NCBI GenBank assembly: GCA_963825865.1
Contig: CAWGVG010000026.1
Coordinates: 215,448-279,447 of the forward strand
Source: an uncultured Nitrososphaeraceae archaeon
Lineage (GTDB): Archaea > Thermoproteota > Nitrososphaeria > Nitrososphaerales > Nitrososphaeraceae
DNA: 64,000 nt
Direction of reading: 5' to 3'
Below are positions 11,411-22,787 of the stretch, piece by piece. The notes beneath the pieces are model-generated. The model was not told where the DNA came from, made no database searches, and saw nothing but the letters and a program-made list of their open reading frames with translations. The translations under genes and the position numbers were made by a program. Numbering within the stretch: the stretch's first letter is position 1; every line of letters starts with the position of its first letter.

Positions 11411-12180
11411 ATGATAACAATGCCCTTATCACAGCGACAATCGCAAAAGAGGAAGAAGAAAGTAAAAGAAGGAATCGAATTTGTCTTAAATCATTTTCCA
11501 AAAGATAATACTTATCCAAGAGAAATATCTACACAGGACTTAGCCGGAGAGCCACCCGTCATCATCCATAACAAAAAGGAGATGTTTAGAGTTTATGAAC
11601 AATCTGACTTTATTGATTAATTGTAAAGTGAGCTCTTACCTTGGGCTTTCTTCAGAGAAATTTATTCATAATAATGGAATCAACATACAAACGCCTGACT
11701 TTATTATTATCAATATGTCTAGCAAGCAATCATCATCATCATCATCGTCGTCGTCACCACCAACTACCTTGAGTGCAACAATGAAAGCGAAATAGTAGAC
11801 CAAAAAAGCGCGTTATTTCCAATTTTACAAAATATCAAGGAATTACTATATGGAGCAAAGCCAACCATATTATGGGATGGTAGTGGTTTTGAAATCTATC
11901 AGCCAGTACAAACAATTACCTTAGATGATATAGCGGAAGAATATATAAACTTAGAACATTTAGAAGAATTCAGAACGTTTGTTACTCAACAACAGCTTCT
12001 TTCTAGTTTATTCTTAGAATTTTCAAAACAGAGAGTATTACGCGAAGACAGCAACAGATCCTATCCTTCAAGTATATTTCATAAATTCTCTTATATGTTA
12101 CCGATACAAGGTATCTTAAACTCAAAATACGTTGCAAGTATCTTACATTTCGAAAAAATATCAAGAAAGGAGAAGAGAAG
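11411..12180 (+). pseudogene. Degenerate archaeo-eukaryotic primase (AEP/PriS-like) gene of the thaumarchaeal mobile-element type
   Basis: Fragments in order: EGIEFVLNHF..YPREIST, QSDFID-CKVSSY, TPDFIIINM, ILQNIKE..GAKPTILWDGSGFEIYQP and YMLPIQGILNSK. These follow the recalled family pattern (PNFIFIDLD, PTVLWSGNGYHIYQP, LLRIPGSxNSK). Confidence 0.65.
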
Positions 12181-12263
12181 AACACAAGAACGCAATATAG
12201 TATTATTGCCTACAGAAGATAACGACACAGAAATGCATACAACAAGGATCGGAAACTTGTATT

Positions 12264-12515
12264 ATGAATGAACAGGACAAAACAAGTTATTTTTTATTAT
12301 GCAGACTGTGTTATTGGTGTGCGTCATATGTAAACATAGTAGGGAAAAATAGAATTACAAAATGTCCTGGTTGTAACGATGGTTTTATAAAATCTCTGCC
12401 AATCTCTGGGAGTAAATCTTATAAATTCAATTATGCTGGAAAGCGAAGAAATTCGCTTGAATTTGGATTAATGCATAGAATAGATCTATCGACATATTTG
12501 AGGCATCGAGACTAA
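12264..12515 (+). CDS. Small zinc-ribbon protein (CxxCxWCAS...CPxC)
   Basis: YFLLCRLCYWCASY...CPGC...SLPI, a pattern I recognise as common in Nitrososphaera. Confidence 0.7.
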   Translation: MNEQDKTSYFLLCRLCYWCASYVNIVGKNRITKCPGCNDGFIKSLPISGSKSYKFNYAGKRRNSLEFGLMHRIDLSTYLRHRD

Positions 12516-12754
12516 TATGGACTTTCAATCTTCCTTACCAATACTAGTTGCAGCTGGAAGTGGAATTGCTATATGTTGTACGGGTTTGTCAATTTATTTA
12601 ATGTTTTTAAAGGCAAGTCGAAAAGAGGAAAAACAAGAAACCAGAGACAAAAGCAAATTATAAGCTCTAATCTGCTAAACTTCTTCCTATAGATTTTTTA
12701 AAATTACCTTATTCTATTCATATACTTGCAAATGTCTTCTCTCCTGTCTTTCTT

Positions 12755-13030
12755 CTACAAACCTACATTTTCGATTAGGCTTATCAATTCATCATATTGC
12801 TTGATAAATTTTTTACCTTTGCTAGTTATTGCTACTAAGCCATCGCTTGTGCGGTATATCATTCCTTTTTGTTCTAATTCAATGAAGTGATTCATCATCT
12901 TGTCATAGGATAGCCTAGAATAGTGTTGTATGCGAGTTGGTCTTGCAACTTTGTTAATAGTTGTGTCCTCTTCGATAGCACAAAGTATAGCATTGAAGAG
13001 CTGGAGCTTATGTCTTTTCTCTTGCTTCAA
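12755..13030 (-). CDS. Winged-helix transcription regulator (HTH_45-like)
   Basis: RPTRIQHYSRLSYDKM...ITSKGKKFI. Confidence 0.85.
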   Translation of the reverse strand: MKQEKRHKLQLFNAILCAIEEDTTINKVARPTRIQHYSRLSYDKMMNHFIELEQKGMIYRTSDGLVAITSKGKKFIKQYDELISLIENVGL

Positions 13031-13940
13031 TCTCCATCTTTCTCCTTCTTTGCTTAGAAGTTACATTGTATACGACATACACAAACAATGTTAATCCAGC
13101 TAAACGTGCTATTAATGAACCGATAAACGCAACGATGCTGTTATCAAAATATGTTATCGTCAATGAATATTGTTCAAGCCAAAGTAATGCAAAAGCAGCT
13201 GGGATATAGAGTAACCTTATATTTGCTGCTTTTATTAGTGACAGAACCGAACTAGTAAATATATATCCAAATACTGCCATATTGTATAACCGCATAAAAA
13301 AGCTCATATCTGCAAGTGCAGGATAATTAAAGTCAGGACCTGAAACCAATTCAGATATGGGCACTATAAATGGAATTGCAACCATTACCATAGGTAAACT
13401 ATTGCTCAAAATATCCATGAGTTTAACAGATGGTTTAATTTGATGGAGTTCTGTTGGTACAAGTAGATTATCACTATTATCATACTGACCAACATCTTCA
13501 TTATTTTTGAAACGATATGATAGAGCAATTAATGCTAATGCTTCGGATTGTAATGCTAATTGAATCCAAAAGAAAACAGGATATACTAAATCATTGTTTG
13601 AATAAATTAAGCTCAAGTGCTCAAACAAAAATGATGATGCTATGAATATAAAACCTACAGGTAACCCTAGCAGATATCCAAATCCGGAAAATCTGTAGGA
13701 TCTGAAAAAATGCCATGAAATTATAAAGGACAAAGAGATGGATGCAATAGTTATTATCAAACTAATAAGATGAGAAATATGTGGATCCAACAATGTAAAT
13801 GGATTTAGAATATTCGGATCCAGTATGTCATATTCTATTATACAAACACTATCTGTGGCGTTCAACAAATAAGTATTACTCCCTTCAAGGGAGTCTGAAA
13901 TAAAAGTCCATAATGTATATCCTACAAGTGAGCAATTCAC
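13008..13940 (-). CDS. Multi-pass membrane protein with an internal duplication, overlapping the wHTH gene
   Basis: About seven hydrophobic helices; two similar segments YLLGLPVGF and RLLYIPAAF. The true start is probably downstream of 13940. Confidence 0.7.
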   Translation of the reverse strand: MNCSLVGYTLWTFISDSLEGSNTYLLNATDSVCIIEYDILDPNILNPFTLLDPHISHLISLIITIASISLSFIISWHFFRSYRFSGFGYLLGLPVGFIFIASSFLFEHLSLIYSNNDLVYPVFFWIQLALQSEALALIALSYRFKNNEDVGQYDNSDNLLVPTELHQIKPSVKLMDILSNSLPMVMVAIPFIVPISELVSGPDFNYPALADMSFFMRLYNMAVFGYIFTSSVLSLIKAANIRLLYIPAAFALLWLEQYSLTITYFDNSIVAFIGSLIARLAGLTLFVYVVYNVTSKQRRRKMEIEAREKT

Positions 13941-14010
13941 ACATTACTCTTTTAATGTGTATATATTCATCACTATTACAAATTGGTAGGATACACATTA
14001 TAATTGCTGA

Positions 14011-14520
14011 TTACGGTATCTTCTGTCCAAGGTTAAGATTAACGTCCAATGGATTTGAAAAATTTGCATTCTTTGTTGCATTAGTAAACATTACAACTGC
14101 TTTAACATTTTTTACTGTATTGTTTGTTAAGGTAGTTGCAAGTTGAGTTTGACCTGAAGTGGAATTAATGATAAAGCCATTGGGAAATGAAGAGATCTTT
14201 ATCAATGTTCCATTGGATGAATACACGCGCATAATTGCATTCATATTCTGATCATTAACAATAGAAGGATCAGTGACAGAATAATTAACTATTACTTTAA
14301 TTTGATGTGATTGGTTATTACTTGTTAGTGGCAAGAACTGTGCATGATTTAGTGTTTGTGAAATCTCCTTACCATGGTATGCAAATGCTTTATAATCATC
14401 AGCATAATCATTTCTTTTTTGTGTTAGTTGTATTTGCAAAGGAATGAAGAGAAGACTACTCATAGCAATTATAGCAGCACAGGTTGTTATTATTACGGAT
14501 ATTGTATGTGTTGTATACAT
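14011..14520 (-). CDS. Secreted or membrane-anchored hypothetical protein
   Basis: N-terminal hydrophobic helix followed by a beta-rich, Asn/Thr-rich domain. Confidence 0.65.
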   Translation of the reverse strand: MYTTHTISVIITTCAAIIAMSSLLFIPLQIQLTQKRNDYADDYKAFAYHGKEISQTLNHAQFLPLTSNNQSHQIKVIVNYSVTDPSIVNDQNMNAIMRVYSSNGTLIKISSFPNGFIINSTSGQTQLATTLTNNTVKNVKAVVMFTNATKNANFSNPLDVNLNLGQKIP

Positions 14521-14796
14521 AGCATTAATAGACGATCATATAATATAAAAATGCAAATGTCTATCTTGAGATATCCCCTGGTTATAAATTATGAATATTC
14601 ATGTTATTGAACTGATTTCTTTCTCACAAACATTGACCTAATTACAGATGATGCTTAATAATTAACCACTAGACTTGAGCGAACGGCATGATATAATTAC
14701 CAAAGTCACATCTAAAACAGCTGACAAATTAAAAGAATTTATTAATTTAAAGATTAGGGATTGATATATTGCCTTTTTGGACTATGAATTTATTGT

Positions 14797-15645
14797 TTAT
14801 TCTAATTTTCCTTCAATTAATGGCTTTATTGGCACCTGGTATCTTTGTATCTTAAGCTTAGTGAATATGTCAGCAGACTGTTGAGTTTCATCTTCATCAC
14901 TTATTTCTACACCTATTTCTTTTCTTATTACATCTCTTCCTTCTCTTGCGCCAATAAGTATAATCTGTGCATTCTGGTAGTCTATTAACCTGGTATCTTT
15001 TGATAATGAGACGAAGATCTCGGAATCCTTAAATTCATTCAATACTTCCTCAGGATACATTGGAAGTTCTTCAGTAGTTGGATAACCACCACCTACTGCT
15101 ACTGCAGATGCTGCTGCTGGTTTCTTTGGATTTATAACTGAAATTATATAACTTGCTTCTTTTTCTACACCTAATTCTTTTTGAGCTTCGCCAGGTTCTT
15201 TCGGCATTTCTAAAATATATGCAAGCTCTGCATGGTTTTGATGTTTTACTATGGCATATTTACCTTCTCCAACTGGTCTTGCTGTATCACCTTTCCTAAG
15301 TTTGTCTGAGAAGAGTTCCTTTGTAAGTTCATTGCGATCTGTAAAGATATTAACAACTCTGGCCCAATATCGTTCGGATGCTGTGCCTTCGCTCTTCTTC
15401 CTAATCTCTGGAAGTGATTTTCCGCCTAAGACAAAAAGCCTGTATATTTGACTCTCCTTTTCTTCTGCATATACTTGTCTTCTTCCTTCTGGCACAGTAA
15501 CCATAAAAAAGTGTCGAATATCCTCAAAACCTTTTACTTTTTCAGCATCTTTTTTAGGTCTATAAAAGAAGTAGATATCGCCTTGTTCTAAAACCTCTGA
15601 CATCATAGCATTGTTATTGTCTTTAACTTGCTCTGGCTGATTCAT
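14797..15645 (-). CDS. Conserved hypothetical protein (GDIYFFYRPK family)
   Basis: Intact 282-aa ORF with motifs GDIYFFYRPK, RPVGEGKYAIV and LAYILEMPKEPGEAQKELG. Confidence 0.75.
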   Translation of the reverse strand: MNQPEQVKDNNNAMMSEVLEQGDIYFFYRPKKDAEKVKGFEDIRHFFMVTVPEGRRQVYAEEKESQIYRLFVLGGKSLPEIRKKSEGTASERYWARVVNIFTDRNELTKELFSDKLRKGDTARPVGEGKYAIVKHQNHAELAYILEMPKEPGEAQKELGVEKEASYIISVINPKKPAAASAVAVGGGYPTTEELPMYPEEVLNEFKDSEIFVSLSKDTRLIDYQNAQIILIGAREGRDVIRKEIGVEISDEDETQQSADIFTKLKIQRYQVPIKPLIEGKLE

Positions 15646-16235
15646 AATTGGAATACTCTGTCTACTATTTCTTTTATATCTATGGCATCTTTTATTTTTT
15701 ATATAGGCCAGTGAAAATCTGCCTTGACAGCTAAACGATTAGCGAAGAAGGCTCCTCCTTCTTGAAAGCGTAACTGAATAGTATAAGAAATAGTTTCACA
15801 ACTAATTCATTCTTTTAAGGAAGAAGGGCACGGATAACACTACACATAATATAAAAATAAACAATACTTTTATCATCTGTGCGGATTAATTTATAAAAAC
15901 TCTTACATAGATTAGTGTGATGTGTATTGTCATGGACTTTCTTTTGCAAGATAAAACCAGCAGATAAATTAGTTGTCATAGACAATATGCTGTTGTGAAT
16001 TTACTTTATCAATAGAATTACTGATTAAACTTTTGTTCTTAATTAGGCTTGCCAGACAATTATCTACATAGAGATAGTCTTTGCTTCAGATTATAAAACT
16101 GAACTCGAGCTAATTATACAGGAATATGGAATTATATAGAAATTGTTCACTAAAGACATTGCGTGTAATTATAGTAAATGAAAATTATCCAACCATCTTA
16201 AAGTTCATTAAACCTTAAAGCAATATCCTAGGACA

Positions 16236-16379
16236 ATGGCTATAGATGAGTGTAAACACTGGGCATGCAATAAACAAAACAATACATGTGTTGGCTGTGG
16301 TATTATTATCTGTCCTACATGCTTATTACAACCTGATAATTGCAAATGTGAAAATAAGGAAGAATGTTGTGTGGTATAA
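16236..16379 (+). CDS. 47-aa Cys-rich, metallothionein-like small protein (below the ORF-track cut-off)
   Basis: MAIDECKHWACNKQNNTCVGCGIIICPTCLLQPDNCKCENKEECCVV*, with 10 Cys. A TATA-like cTTAAAG lies about 20 nt upstream. Confidence 0.6.
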   Translation: MAIDECKHWACNKQNNTCVGCGIIICPTCLLQPDNCKCENKEECCVV

Positions 16380-16638
16380 AAAAGTTATCATAATTATTAT
16401 GTCATGAAGCGTAGATAGAGAGCAATGAACGATAAATAAAATTTGCCTTGTAATTGAAGAGTTATTTGAGGCTCTAATAAATGGTGAGTCTAGAAGCCAG
16501 CTTGATAAGTTGGGAAAGGGTAAAAGCATAACTAAAACAATAGGCAGCTGCAAAGTCACAGTTAATTGTAACAAAAAAATTAGCCGCCAGGTTATCGTTA
16601 AAGGGGCAGCTAATACTATCTTTTCAGTTGGCTATCAC

Positions 16639-16839
16639 TCATGCTTTGCCATAGTGTTTCAGTAAGTTTTGCTTTTGTTCTTCTGAAAATCTTATTTCAA
16701 AATCCGCCTCATGGTAAATACAAAACCCTTTCAGATTCATGTCAGCATATCTTGATGGCAAAAATAATTCGAATTCAACAAGTTTGTTGTAGTGAAACTT
16801 GTGAAATAACTTGAAGAAGTAACTGATTAGTGTAAACAT
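16639..16839 (-). CDS. Small hypothetical protein
   Basis: ORF directly downstream of the SDR gene on the same strand. Confidence 0.4.
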   Translation of the reverse strand: MFTLISYFFKLFHKFHYNKLVEFELFLPSRYADMNLKGFCIYHEADFEIRFSEEQKQNLLKHYGKA

Positions 16840-16880
16840 CGCATATATCGCACTTTATTAATCAAACATATTACACAATA

Positions 16881-17663
16881 TTACCATAACACAGTGCCAC
16901 CATCTATTACAATGGTATTACCTGTCGCAAAAGAAAAGCTATCACTTGCGATGCATGCAGCAATCTTGGCCACCTCTTCAGGTCTTCCCCATCTTTTCAT
17001 CGTATTTTCTTCGGCCGCTTTCTTTCTATCCTCTTCCGTCATTGAATCATATGTTGCCAATGTTGCAATGTTACCAAGAGCAATGGTATAAGACCTTATG
17101 TTATTGCTACCATACTCCATTGCAATACATTTTGTCAATGCTATATTCGCAGCTTTGGCGATAGTATATGGAGCACCCTGAATATGTCCTGCGATTGCAG
17201 GAGTTGAAGAAATGTTTATTATTACTACTCCACCTCCATTTTCGTTTGTGTTTTTTTGAAGCATAGAAGAAATAACAGCCCTAGATAATCGGACAGAACC
17301 TTTAAGGTCAACTTCTATGATCTTTTGTAATTCTTCGTCGGTAACTTCATGAAATCTCTTGTACCAAATATTGTTATCAAAAGGGTAACCTGCATTATTT
17401 ACCAAGATATCAATTCGTCCAAATTTAGACAGTGTTTGCTGCATGAATTTATTTACACTAATATCACTTGTCACGTCAATTTCCGCAGCAAACACTTTGC
17501 CACTGCTTATCTGCTTGATTGCTCTTTCTGCTTGCTCCTTAATTCTAGAGCAAACAATTGTGGTTGCAGAGTTATTTTCTGCAAACTCTTTTGCTATTGC
17601 AAATCCTATGCCTCTGGTGGATCCAGTCACTACAGCAACCTTATCTTTTAGTAAAAATAACAT
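16881..17663 (-). CDS. Short-chain dehydrogenase/reductase (FabG-like)
   Basis: TGSTRGIG, ILVNNAG, INISS, YTIAK (YxxxK) and IDGG. Confidence 0.95.
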   Translation of the reverse strand: MLFLLKDKVAVVTGSTRGIGFAIAKEFAENNSATTIVCSRIKEQAERAIKQISSGKVFAAEIDVTSDISVNKFMQQTLSKFGRIDILVNNAGYPFDNNIWYKRFHEVTDEELQKIIEVDLKGSVRLSRAVISSMLQKNTNENGGGVVIINISSTPAIAGHIQGAPYTIAKAANIALTKCIAMEYGSNNIRSYTIALGNIATLATYDSMTEEDRKKAAEENTMKRWGRPEEVAKIAACIASDSFSFATGNTIVIDGGTVLW

Positions 17664-18097
17664 TCTATTTCCTACCTTTTAATTATTCTTTATATATATG
17701 ACATTTGTACTTTTGAATAGCTGTTTTAAAGTGTTGTTACAGCAGACACTATATGCAGATTTCTGACAAGTGCTATTCCCATAATTGACATTATCATAAA
17801 ACAAAATCTATTCCAGTTACATCTGATGCAAAATGTATCCGGTTTTATACTTTTAATAGCATTGCCTGATCTATAAATTTGAGCCGAGCAAGACGAATTA
17901 TTTCGTATAATCCTGCATACTTGAATGCTTTGCTGTGCAGATAGATGGCAGAAATTCTTTACAAAAAATGTCCATTCAAAGAAAAGTCATGATACATCAT
18001 ATATCATTAAAATAAAATTAATTCGGTATGGCAAATATTAGTAGCAGTACACAGCATTTATATTACTAGTATCCTTATTTGTCATAGCTATTGCTCC

Positions 18098-19792
18098 TTA
18101 ATTTAGCTGCTTTTGATTTATTATTAATGGAAGGCTAAAATAAAAGGTCGCTCCTTTACCATCAGAATTATTTTCAGCCCATATCTTTCCCTCATGAGCT
18201 TCTACAATGTTCTTTGAAATAAACAGTCCCAAGCCATGCTGCCAGAGAAAGACCTGGAAATAAATCTAGAAAATAACTTTTGGAATATTTCAGCATCTAT
18301 ACCAGAACCGGTATCCTTAATACTCACAATAAGAATGTCCTTTTCATTTTCTTCTTTCTTAACTGTGTTGATAGAAATGACCCCTTCCTTAGTGAATTTT
18401 AAAGCATTACTTAGAAGATTCGAAATAACTTGAGTCAGCCTTCCTCTATCTGCCTCCACGATAATATCCTCTTTATTAGATGGTTCATATAGCAGTTTCA
18501 AATTACCATTGCATTTTTTTTCGATTTCATCTCTATAGTCTTGTATAGCGTCCATTATTACATCATCTATTTTGATTTTTTCCTTATGCAGCTTAAGTGA
18601 TTGGCTTTCAATTCTTGTAACGTCTAATATGCTATCTGCAAGTCTTTGCAATCTTTTTGCATTTCTAATAATAGTATCTAGATACTTATCGTAGTCATCA
18701 GTGGCATTTAATTTTCTTGAGCGCAGAACCTGGGATAAACCAAGAATTGGCTGAATAGGTGTTCGCAATTCATGAGCTGCTATGTTTATAAATTCGTCTT
18801 TCAGTTTGTCTGCTTCTTTTTGTCTTTCATATTCCTTTATCTTTTCATATTGGGTATGTTCATTCCAAATGAGTTCAAAGAAGGACTTGGACGAATTTAC
18901 GCTGGCTTTGCTGTTTGAGTGTACCATAAATCCTATTGCTTGTGAAAACTCCTCAGCTTTAGGTTCTTTCAGCTCAAATCTAAGAAACCTTGTTCCATCG
19001 GCTACAAAGAGACCGGAATGAGAGCTTCCACCATTTAGGATTCTGATGTTGGGAGCCTTCTCATATATTCTCTTTACAGTTTCCAAATTATCTTCAGCCA
19101 AGGGACAGATGATCTTTATATTTACATTATTTTGTGATGCCTCTATGAGATAATCAATTATACCTAATTTATCTGCTCTAAGCATGGCTTTGCTATCAGC
19201 AAAAAGCAATAGACCCTCATGTTGTAAAGATTTTACAAGTTTAACGTAAACTTCTGTTGCTTTTTGATTATCAGAAATAACTTCAAGGAATTCTGGTTCA
19301 GCACCTTCTTCAATCTCTGCTATTACATTTTCAGCAGGTATTGACTTATTCCATAAAGTTTCAAATATAGAATGCTGCTGCTCCACTACTTCTCCTAGAT
19401 TGCTGTATATAGCTTGTTGATGAGATTCTTGGAAAGTTATGGAACCTAAATATTCTGTTTCATTTACTACAAAGTTCAGCTTCAATATTATCAATATGGC
19501 GAAGATCACTATTACCCATTTTCATGAGATCTCTACAATGAAGGACATTTTCCTTTGTAATTTCAAAAATGTATCTTTGTCTTAAGCCTCTGTGTTGAGA
19601 AGAAGAGTCAGTTCTCAGTTTATTCACCGAATCATATGAAAAGATATTCAACGGAAATTTAGCATTACCACAAATATCTATGGTATGGTGGGCATTGGAG
19701 AAAACGTGTAATAAAGTGTTTATTACATCATGCCGATGTAATATAGTAGACTTCTCTAAATTACGGCGAAATAATAATATCAAATTTAACAA
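18098..19792 (-). CDS. Cytoplasmic sensor histidine kinase with tandem TrmB/PLD-like input domains (indels near 19480 and 18235)
   Basis: H-box [15 protein letters not shown]-box NLLSNALKF and G1 DTGSGI. The shifted frame continues [19 protein letters not shown] to a stop at 18098. Confidence 0.9.
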
Positions 19793-20132
19793 ATAATTAA
19801 AATCACATAATACTTATAATGTTATCTGGGAATTCTTATCTGTTTTTTGTTTAGGAATCCCAAAAATAAAATAAATACTAAAATTAAGCAATAATAATAA
19901 TAATAATTACATAAATTCACGATATTGCAAGATTTGACTTTCTTCTTTATTGCAAGGTCCCCATCGTTGATGATAATGTGTGGTGCATCATATTTTCGTA
20001 ATGATACTTTATAGGAGTTTTTATAATTATAATACCATCATCATATTACTACAACTGCTATACTATATGGAAGGTTAGGTTTTTTAGTTCAGTTGGAAAA
20101 TATAGGATAGGATAAAGGAGCAAATATAAGAA

Positions 20133-20393
20133 ATGGTAAAGGAAAATAAAGAAGAAGAAATGGCATACAGTTTGCCAAGCAATTCCGACGTTAATAGATT
20201 AGTCCTTTACTTAATACATGATGGGCAAATTGGTGAAAACTATATACCGGATTACAATACTATAGTTTCCAAGTATTTGAAGCTAGCAAACCTAAGGAAT
20301 ATCAAAACTACAAACCTTAAGGACGACGATCACTATCCATGCAACGATGATATTCTAAAAGAAGTCATATGTTCAATTGACCGTTTTGAATAA
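20133..20393 (+). CDS. Small hypothetical protein
   Basis: 86-aa ORF with host-like composition and no recognised motif. Confidence 0.45.
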   Translation: MVKENKEEEMAYSLPSNSDVNRLVLYLIHDGQIGENYIPDYNTIVSKYLKLANLRNIKTTNLKDDDHYPCNDDILKEVICSIDRFE

Positions 20394-20899
20394 CAAAACT
20401 ATGAGCGCTTTTACCGTTGATAGTCATACAAATGATTTGCATATCTCTAAAAAAACCAGAACCTATTGGAGCATGGTGGTGGTTGCTACAGTAGAACAAA
20501 TCCTGTCAACACCCATTTAGAATCAATTAATATCGATAAAGAGGCAATGCATTTTTTTCTTGAAAGCCAGCTATGCATTTCATTTTTTCGTTGGTTGGTT
20601 GGTTGCAACATTCACTTTGAAGCATTTTGTAACATGTTTAATTCCAGATAGACGCTCGTCTCTATCCAGCTTTTACCTGACTGAACTACACGGCATGTTT
20701 TAGGGAATCAGACTGACTAGGCTAATGCAGAATGTGATATTATCATTGACATTGCATTAATCACTAAAAATACAATTTGATTGTTCTTATTTGAAAAGCG
20801 TCAATTTTCTCTGATTTTTTGTTTGTTTGATTACATTATAACTTACTCATTCTATAGTGAAATAGAAAAATGGACAGAATATTTTTAATTATAAAAATC

Positions 20900-21711
20900 T
20901 TAGTTCTTACGCACTCCACGGACGGCCCAAGCACGAGCGACGAGATGAATTGACCCATCAGGAGCGGTGGGAAGTGTTAGCCGAATGTGTTTTCGCAGAG
21001 CAACTCTTCGTTCTTCAGAAAGCGACATAGTATAGCCAGGAGCAGGACCTTGGCCAGCCAGAAATGGGGACCAGTAATCGTCGAAATCCCGGAAGGTGGT
21101 AGCAAGAACGATTAAGTGGACATCCACCATTCCTAGCTGGGCAGTCTGAAACAGTTGTTGGAGGGGCTCCGGTTGACATAGAGGGAAGCGTTGTCCTTCA
21201 TCTAAAGCGAATACTGCCCCGTCAAGTGCCACGGCAGCATCCCAGAAGTAGCGCATAAGTTGCATCTGGCCTGCGCAATCCCACACATATGCTGCCAACA
21301 GTTCCACCCATACGCACAGTTCGGATCATCTCACTTAGCGCTTGACTTGGCTGAGGAAAAAAATTGAGCACTAGTCCAGAGACGACTGCTTCATAGGCGG
21401 CGGCTGACTCAACTGGGAGCGCTTGTGCATCTCCCAGACGAAAAGCTACACGCGGATCCTGGATCTGCTCGCGAGCAAACTCAATATATCCTTCCGAAGA
21501 GTCAATTCCCAGCACCGAGTGCGGAGACTCAGTATCAAGGATGGTTTGACTGAGGGCTCCTGTCCCACATCCAACGTCTAACCCACTGAGCGCCTGATGG
21601 AACGTCAAGCCAGGTCAGAAACTGGCGAGCGACTAGCCTGCTCCACCTGCCCACGTAGGATTCATAGCCGGCCCCACTGGCCCACATGCCTTTCCGTTAA
21701 TGCGATGTCAT
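20900..21711 (-). pseudogene. GC-rich, bacterial-type class I SAM-dependent methyltransferase with an early stop and two frameshifts
   Basis: WASGAGYESYVGRWSRLVA, LDVGCGTGAL, GDAQALP, SGLVLNF and AAYVWD. Visibly much higher GC than the flanks. Confidence 0.85.
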
Positions 21712-22227
21712 ATGGACTTACTTAAGCCGTGTCATGCTATATTATCATGGGTGTATTTAATTAAATATACAAGGAAGAGCATCACAGATCTATTTTAAAA
21801 TACATTATTGCTCAGGAGGCCAGAAAACCATATAATAAAAAGCATGCGAAAATTTGGAACAGTACCGTATTATCATAAACTGATAGTCGCACCATCTAAA
21901 GCGCATCAAACACGAAAAATAAAGTGCACGAACAAATACTCTTGATGATAGATTGACAGGTTACTTTTGAAACCGTTACATCCGAAGTGCATTATCCACT
22001 TAATATTACATGTGTCATCTCAGCCTAATGATAATATAAAAATTGTTTATATCCAATATCAATTCCTTTTTGACTGCTTTTACTAATTCAATAAATCGTT
22101 TATCTTTTAACATATGACGAAGCGAGTAGTCTCTATCCCCTTCAAGAAAATCTTCTAATTTGTCTTAACTTACAATTTTAGAATTAGTTATCATCTCTCC
22201 TAGTTGTGATACTATATTAAATGCTAG

Positions 22228-22787
22228 CTACTTTGTCTTTTCCTCTAACCTTATACTTAGTCTCCATACTAAATCATAGAATATGTCAAGTAGAGGAAAA
22301 GGAGGTCTTTCCTCCAAATAGTTTCTATTGTAAGGCATAATTGACTCTGTTATCTTATAATGTCTGATAGCATCAGGAGAGAAATGCTCTTTATCATACT
22401 TATCAACTGCTCTCGCTAGTTCTTTGTTATCAAATTCATTATTATTATTATCGAGTTTTGCCATCAATCTTTTTTATATTCCTTAATTTCGTCTAAAATA
22501 TGTTGATCTACAAGCTTGCCATCTAAATAAGACATATATTTTTGGATAGTATCATCATTAGGCAAAATATCTGTTATATTGTATCTTTCAATTTCTGTCC
22601 AAAATTCCTTGCAAATGTCAGCTGTTATTGAACAACAATCATGCAAAAATTCTCCTATATCTTGAGTTGGATACTCTGTCAATGAAAGAAAAGAATCAAT
22701 AGTTTCTTCTTCTAAGAATTCTAATAGTAATGACCGAATAACAGTATTTTCTTTATTACGAAATATGTACATATTATTATTTATCAT
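22228..22787 (-). CDS. Hypothetical protein, probably one gene broken by indels
   Basis: Two abutting same-strand ORFs joined at an A-run; coding-like sequence continues beyond 22228. Confidence 0.45.
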
